Assembly: GCA_000175855.1 (NCBI GenBank)
Contig: ACYB01000037.1
Span: forward strand, 90,001 to 122,000
DNA from: Raphidiopsis brookii D9
Lineage (GTDB): Bacteria > Cyanobacteriota > Cyanobacteriia > Cyanobacteriales > Nostocaceae
Reading direction: 5' to 3'
DNA length: 32,000 nt
The position numbers and the translations under genes are program-made. The notes under the pieces are model-generated. The model was not told the DNA's origin and searched no databases. It worked only from the letters and a program-made list of their open reading frames with translations. Shown piece by piece: positions 29,021-32,000 of the stretch (the first letter of the stretch is position 1; each line of letters opens with the position of its first letter).

Positions 29021-30744
29021 TTACACTGAGTAGTGTCTTGATGTGTAAACCCAGATGTTTCCCCCAAGAGATTGTATTTTCCTAGTATGGGAAGAGCCAA
29101 CGATAATTAAAGTCCGCATATCCGCATCCTCGGGATTCAATTCCTCTAGATTTGTAACTTTTAATCTTTGTCCAGGTCGACCAATATTGCTTCCTAATAT
29201 TACAGGAGTATCAGGTTTTCTGTACTCCAATAATATATTCTTGGCTGCGGTTAATTGCCAAGTTCTTGACTGAGAAATTGGATTATAAAATACAATCACA
29301 AAATCCCCTTGCGCAGCATTAGTAATTCTTTGGACAATAACTTCCCAGGGTTTTAAAATATCAGAGAGAGAAATTACACAGAAATCATGTCCTAGGGGAG
29401 CACCTATGGTAGCAGCAGTGGCCTGCATGGCAGAAATACCGGGGGCTACTTGAATATCAATTGTCTGCCATTCTGGTTGATTATATTGACCTTTTTCTAG
29501 AACTTCAAAAACTGCTGTGGCCATGGCATAAATACCTGGATCTCCGGAAGAAACTACTGCTACATATTTGCCTTGCACAGCTAAATCTAGGGCTTTTTTG
29601 GCCCGGGATTCTTCTTCTCGATTGTCAGATTCATGTATGTTCTTGCCATCAGCTAATTCACCAATTAGGTTAATATATGTTTTGTAACCAACCAAATCAG
29701 TGGCATTCCGTAAAATTTCCTGAACTTCAGGAGACATCCATTGTACACCGCCTGGTCCTGTACCAATAATCGCTAGTTTTCCCCTCCCTTTGCCAATAGT
29801 TTCCGGATCGATAATGTCTGTGGCAATGCTCAGGGTGATGGGAGAAAATGGCGATTCAAATGATGTATGATATGTATTATTTCCCGTCATACCAGCAGCA
29901 ACCACGGCTTCGTGAAAACTGTATCCTTTGTCAGTCAGTTCTTGTATTTGATTTGTGGTTAAGAATCTGGCTGGTATGGAAAATGTTTTGCTAATTTCCT
30001 GCAAAATCGAATTATTAGCTAGGGAAAGAGGTGCAATTATCACTGCCAATGCTTGAGAGGAAATTTCCGCTTGTGCTAATAGTTCATAAATATGGTTGAT
30101 TGTTTCAACTTCAAGAGAAGATAGGGTAATCGCCACCCTTTGTGGATGATAAACTAAACAATCAGGTGGGGGAATCAGGTGTTTTTCTGTAACTTGAATA
30201 GTTAATTCTCCCCTATCATCTATGGGCAAATTACTGGCACTCAACCAGGGAGCTGTTCCTTCTAATTTAACTTTTGCTCCTGCTAATAAATCAGCTATAA
30301 ATTTTTTCCCATCCTCCACATTAGCTAAATAATACCCCCTGGGTGGAGATAATAAAGCTGTGCGAAATCTTAAATCTCCCGTGGTTGTAATGGAGGGTTT
30401 GACATTTAAACCAGCTCCTATTTGCCGTGCTAGTTCGTTTACTCCAGTTAACCCACCTAACAGGGGAACTACTGCACTACTATCTTCCGCTACAGCTAAT
30501 AGGGGTGGTTCTTGATTTTTATTGGTAATCAGATGTGCTACTGTTCTAATTAAAATCCCCGCAGCACATATACCAATTATGGGGTTCCCGTCACAAATAA
30601 TTGTCTCAGGGTATCTCCAAAATCGGTAAAGCTCACATCCACATCACAGGTACGATTGGCTAAACCATATATTTTGGCACCCGGTATAACGCCAACAATT
30701 TTTTTTGCCACTGTGAGACTATTCTGACTGAGAATTATAACCAC
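29021..30744 (-). pseudogene. cobJ: CbiG/CobJ-type fusion (precorrin-3B C17-methyltransferase), interrupted by a frameshift; the C-terminal ORF 29021-30319 contains the intact methyltransferase part
   Basis: Downstream frame: ...IIGICAAGILIRTVAHLITNKNQEPPLLAVAEDSSAVVPLLGGLTGVNELARQI...NVEDGKKFIAD...LAIIGTGPGGVQWMSPEV. Upstream frame: VVIILSQNSLTVAKKIVGVIPGAKIYGLANRTCDVDVSFTDFGDTLRQLFVTGTP* (stop 30579-30577). The 5' limit is approximate: the GTG at 30744 is only a candidate start. Confidence 0.85.
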
Positions 30745-30835
30745 CGGTTTTGTTGTGTTTTTTCTAATCTATCCATAATATTATTGTCACAATGTAGTTT
30801 GATGTAGTTAGCCTAAACTAGATTTAATTTGTAAA

Positions 30836-31540
30836 CTACAGTCTTTGTTTAGTAGGTATGACAATCATCGAAAAATAAGGTACTTCGTCAGGGTCTACCT
30901 CATCCAGTGGCACAATTCTCTGTTGTGTAGTAGTTGCGCGTTCAATATACTTGGCTCGGGAATTTAATCCTAACTGATGCAGCACATCCCGGATTTTGAC
31001 AAAATGACGACCGATCTTCATAATGGCAGCAGCATCAGCGGAAATAAGTTGACTAATTAGCATTTCCCTAGGAAGAGTACCCGGTAAAACCTTCAAAATA
31101 TCATTATAATAAGTGAAAGGTACACCCAAAGAAATAGGACAAGCCATTAAAGAAGAAATCCCGGGCACCACCTCCGTCTCATACTTATCCGCAAGACGAG
31201 TAAATATATACATAAAAGATCCATAAAAAAACGGGTCTCCCTCGCATAATACCACCACATCCCGACCAGCTGCCAAATGTGACCCAATAGGTTCAACCTC
31301 GCGATCATAGATATCTTTAGCCTTTTCCGGTTCCAGAGCCCGGGGAAGATGATATAAAACTTCTATTTGATTCCCAGGTAAGTAAGGAGAGACAATTTTT
31401 CTAGCAATACTTTCTCGATCTATGGCTGACTGATAGGCAATAACAGAAGCAGAACGTATTAAACGCAATGCTTTTAATGTTAACAGTTCCGGATCTCCAG
31501 GACCAACACCAACTCCATACAAACGACCTTTTAAATTCAT
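30836..31540 (-). CDS. cobI: precorrin-2 C(20)-methyltransferase
   Basis: RLYGVGVGPGDPELLTLKALRLIRSASVIAY, CEGDPFFYGSFMYIFTRLA, VVPGISSLMACP. Confidence 0.95.
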   Translation of the reverse strand: MNLKGRLYGVGVGPGDPELLTLKALRLIRSASVIAYQSAIDRESIARKIVSPYLPGNQIEVLYHLPRALEPEKAKDIYDREVEPIGSHLAAGRDVVVLCEGDPFFYGSFMYIFTRLADKYETEVVPGISSLMACPISLGVPFTYYNDILKVLPGTLPREMLISQLISADAAAIMKIGRHFVKIRDVLHQLGLNSRAKYIERATTTQQRIVPLDEVDPDEVPYFSMIVIPTKQRL

Positions 31541-32000
31541 GTTTCTTCCTCGGATGCTAGCGCATTAATAGCAGAAGCAGCGATCGCACTTCCACCCCGT
31601 CTACCATGTAAAGTTAAAAATGGCACACCACGACTATTCTCCGCCAGGGCGGCCTTAGATTCAGCAGCGCCGACAAAACCTACAGGAAAGCCTAAAATCA
31701 GAGCTGGACGTGGTACTCCTTCATCCAACATTTCCAGCAATCTAAATAATGCCGTAGGGGCATTACCAATAGCTACAACCGCACCATCAAGATGAAATCG
31801 CCATAGTTCTAGAGCTGCTGCTGAACGGGTATTGCCTAATCGTTTAGCTATTGTGGGCACTTCTGGATCATTCAAAGAACAAATAATAGCATTCGTAGTA
31901 GGTAATCTTTTTTTAGTGATTCCCTGTGCAACCATCTGACAATCACATAAAATAGGCGCACCAGAAGCCAGGGCGTTTTTGCCTAAATTTACCGCATCTA
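31537..32000 (-). CDS. cobH: precorrin-8X methylmutase, 5' end beyond the window
   Basis: Frame is open through the window edge (DAVNLGKNALASGAPILCDCQMVAQGITKKRLP...). RPALILGFPVGFVGAAESKAAL and GVPFLTLHGRRGGSAIAASAINAL are CobH motifs. 4-nt ATGA overlap with cobI. Confidence 0.95.
   Translation of the reverse strand, partial: DAVNLGKNALASGAPILCDCQMVAQGITKKRLPTTNAIICSLNDPEVPTIAKRLGNTRSAAALELWRFHLDGAVVAIGNAPTALFRLLEMLDEGVPRPALILGFPVGFVGAAESKAALAENSRGVPFLTLHGRRGGSAIAASAINALASEEET

Noticed and set aside
1-32000. CRISPR array, prophage, transposon, toxin-antitoxin or restriction system
   Set aside because: No regularly spaced repeats, cas, integrase, transposase, methyltransferase or nuclease-type defence motifs were recognised in any supplied ORF.

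Overview
Cyanobacterial-type chromosomal window. The HIP1 octamer GCGATCGC recurs at least 16 times, and several families are cyanobacterium-typical. Most of it is housekeeping or core accessory content: a 5'-truncated TPR protein, an ABC1/UbiB-family kinase, a peroxiredoxin and PPK2 pair, ilvA, murD, glyS, a TIM-barrel isomerase, a YciI-like protein, the small SRP RNA, a phasin-like protein, a Cys-motif protein, queF, a divergent truncated pyruvate-kinase-like protein, a PGM1/pre-ATP-grasp-like ligase, a sucrase/ferredoxin-like protein, crcB, a DnaJ-pentapeptide fusion, trmFO, tRNA-Arg(CCG), a natFGH-like polar amino-acid ABC operon without an adjacent ATPase, a DUF3318-like protein, a STAS-sugar transferase fusion, a PhzF-like protein, a TPR remnant and a cobH-cobI-cobJ cobalamin cluster. 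The best-supported unusual observations read directly from sequence are: (1) the CbiG/CobJ-type fusion gene is split by an apparent 1-nt deletion near 30577-30582; (2) a decayed tandem paralogue (11052-11289) of an uncharacterised 244-aa gene; (3) an 11-bp perfect hairpin directly after a TATAAT box in the PhzF-like gene leader; (4) a STAS-sugar transferase fusion and a DnaJ-pentapeptide fusion; (5) a divergent pyruvate-kinase-like protein next to a PGM1-like ATP-grasp ligase. I found no CRISPR array, prophage, transposase or obvious new defence system.
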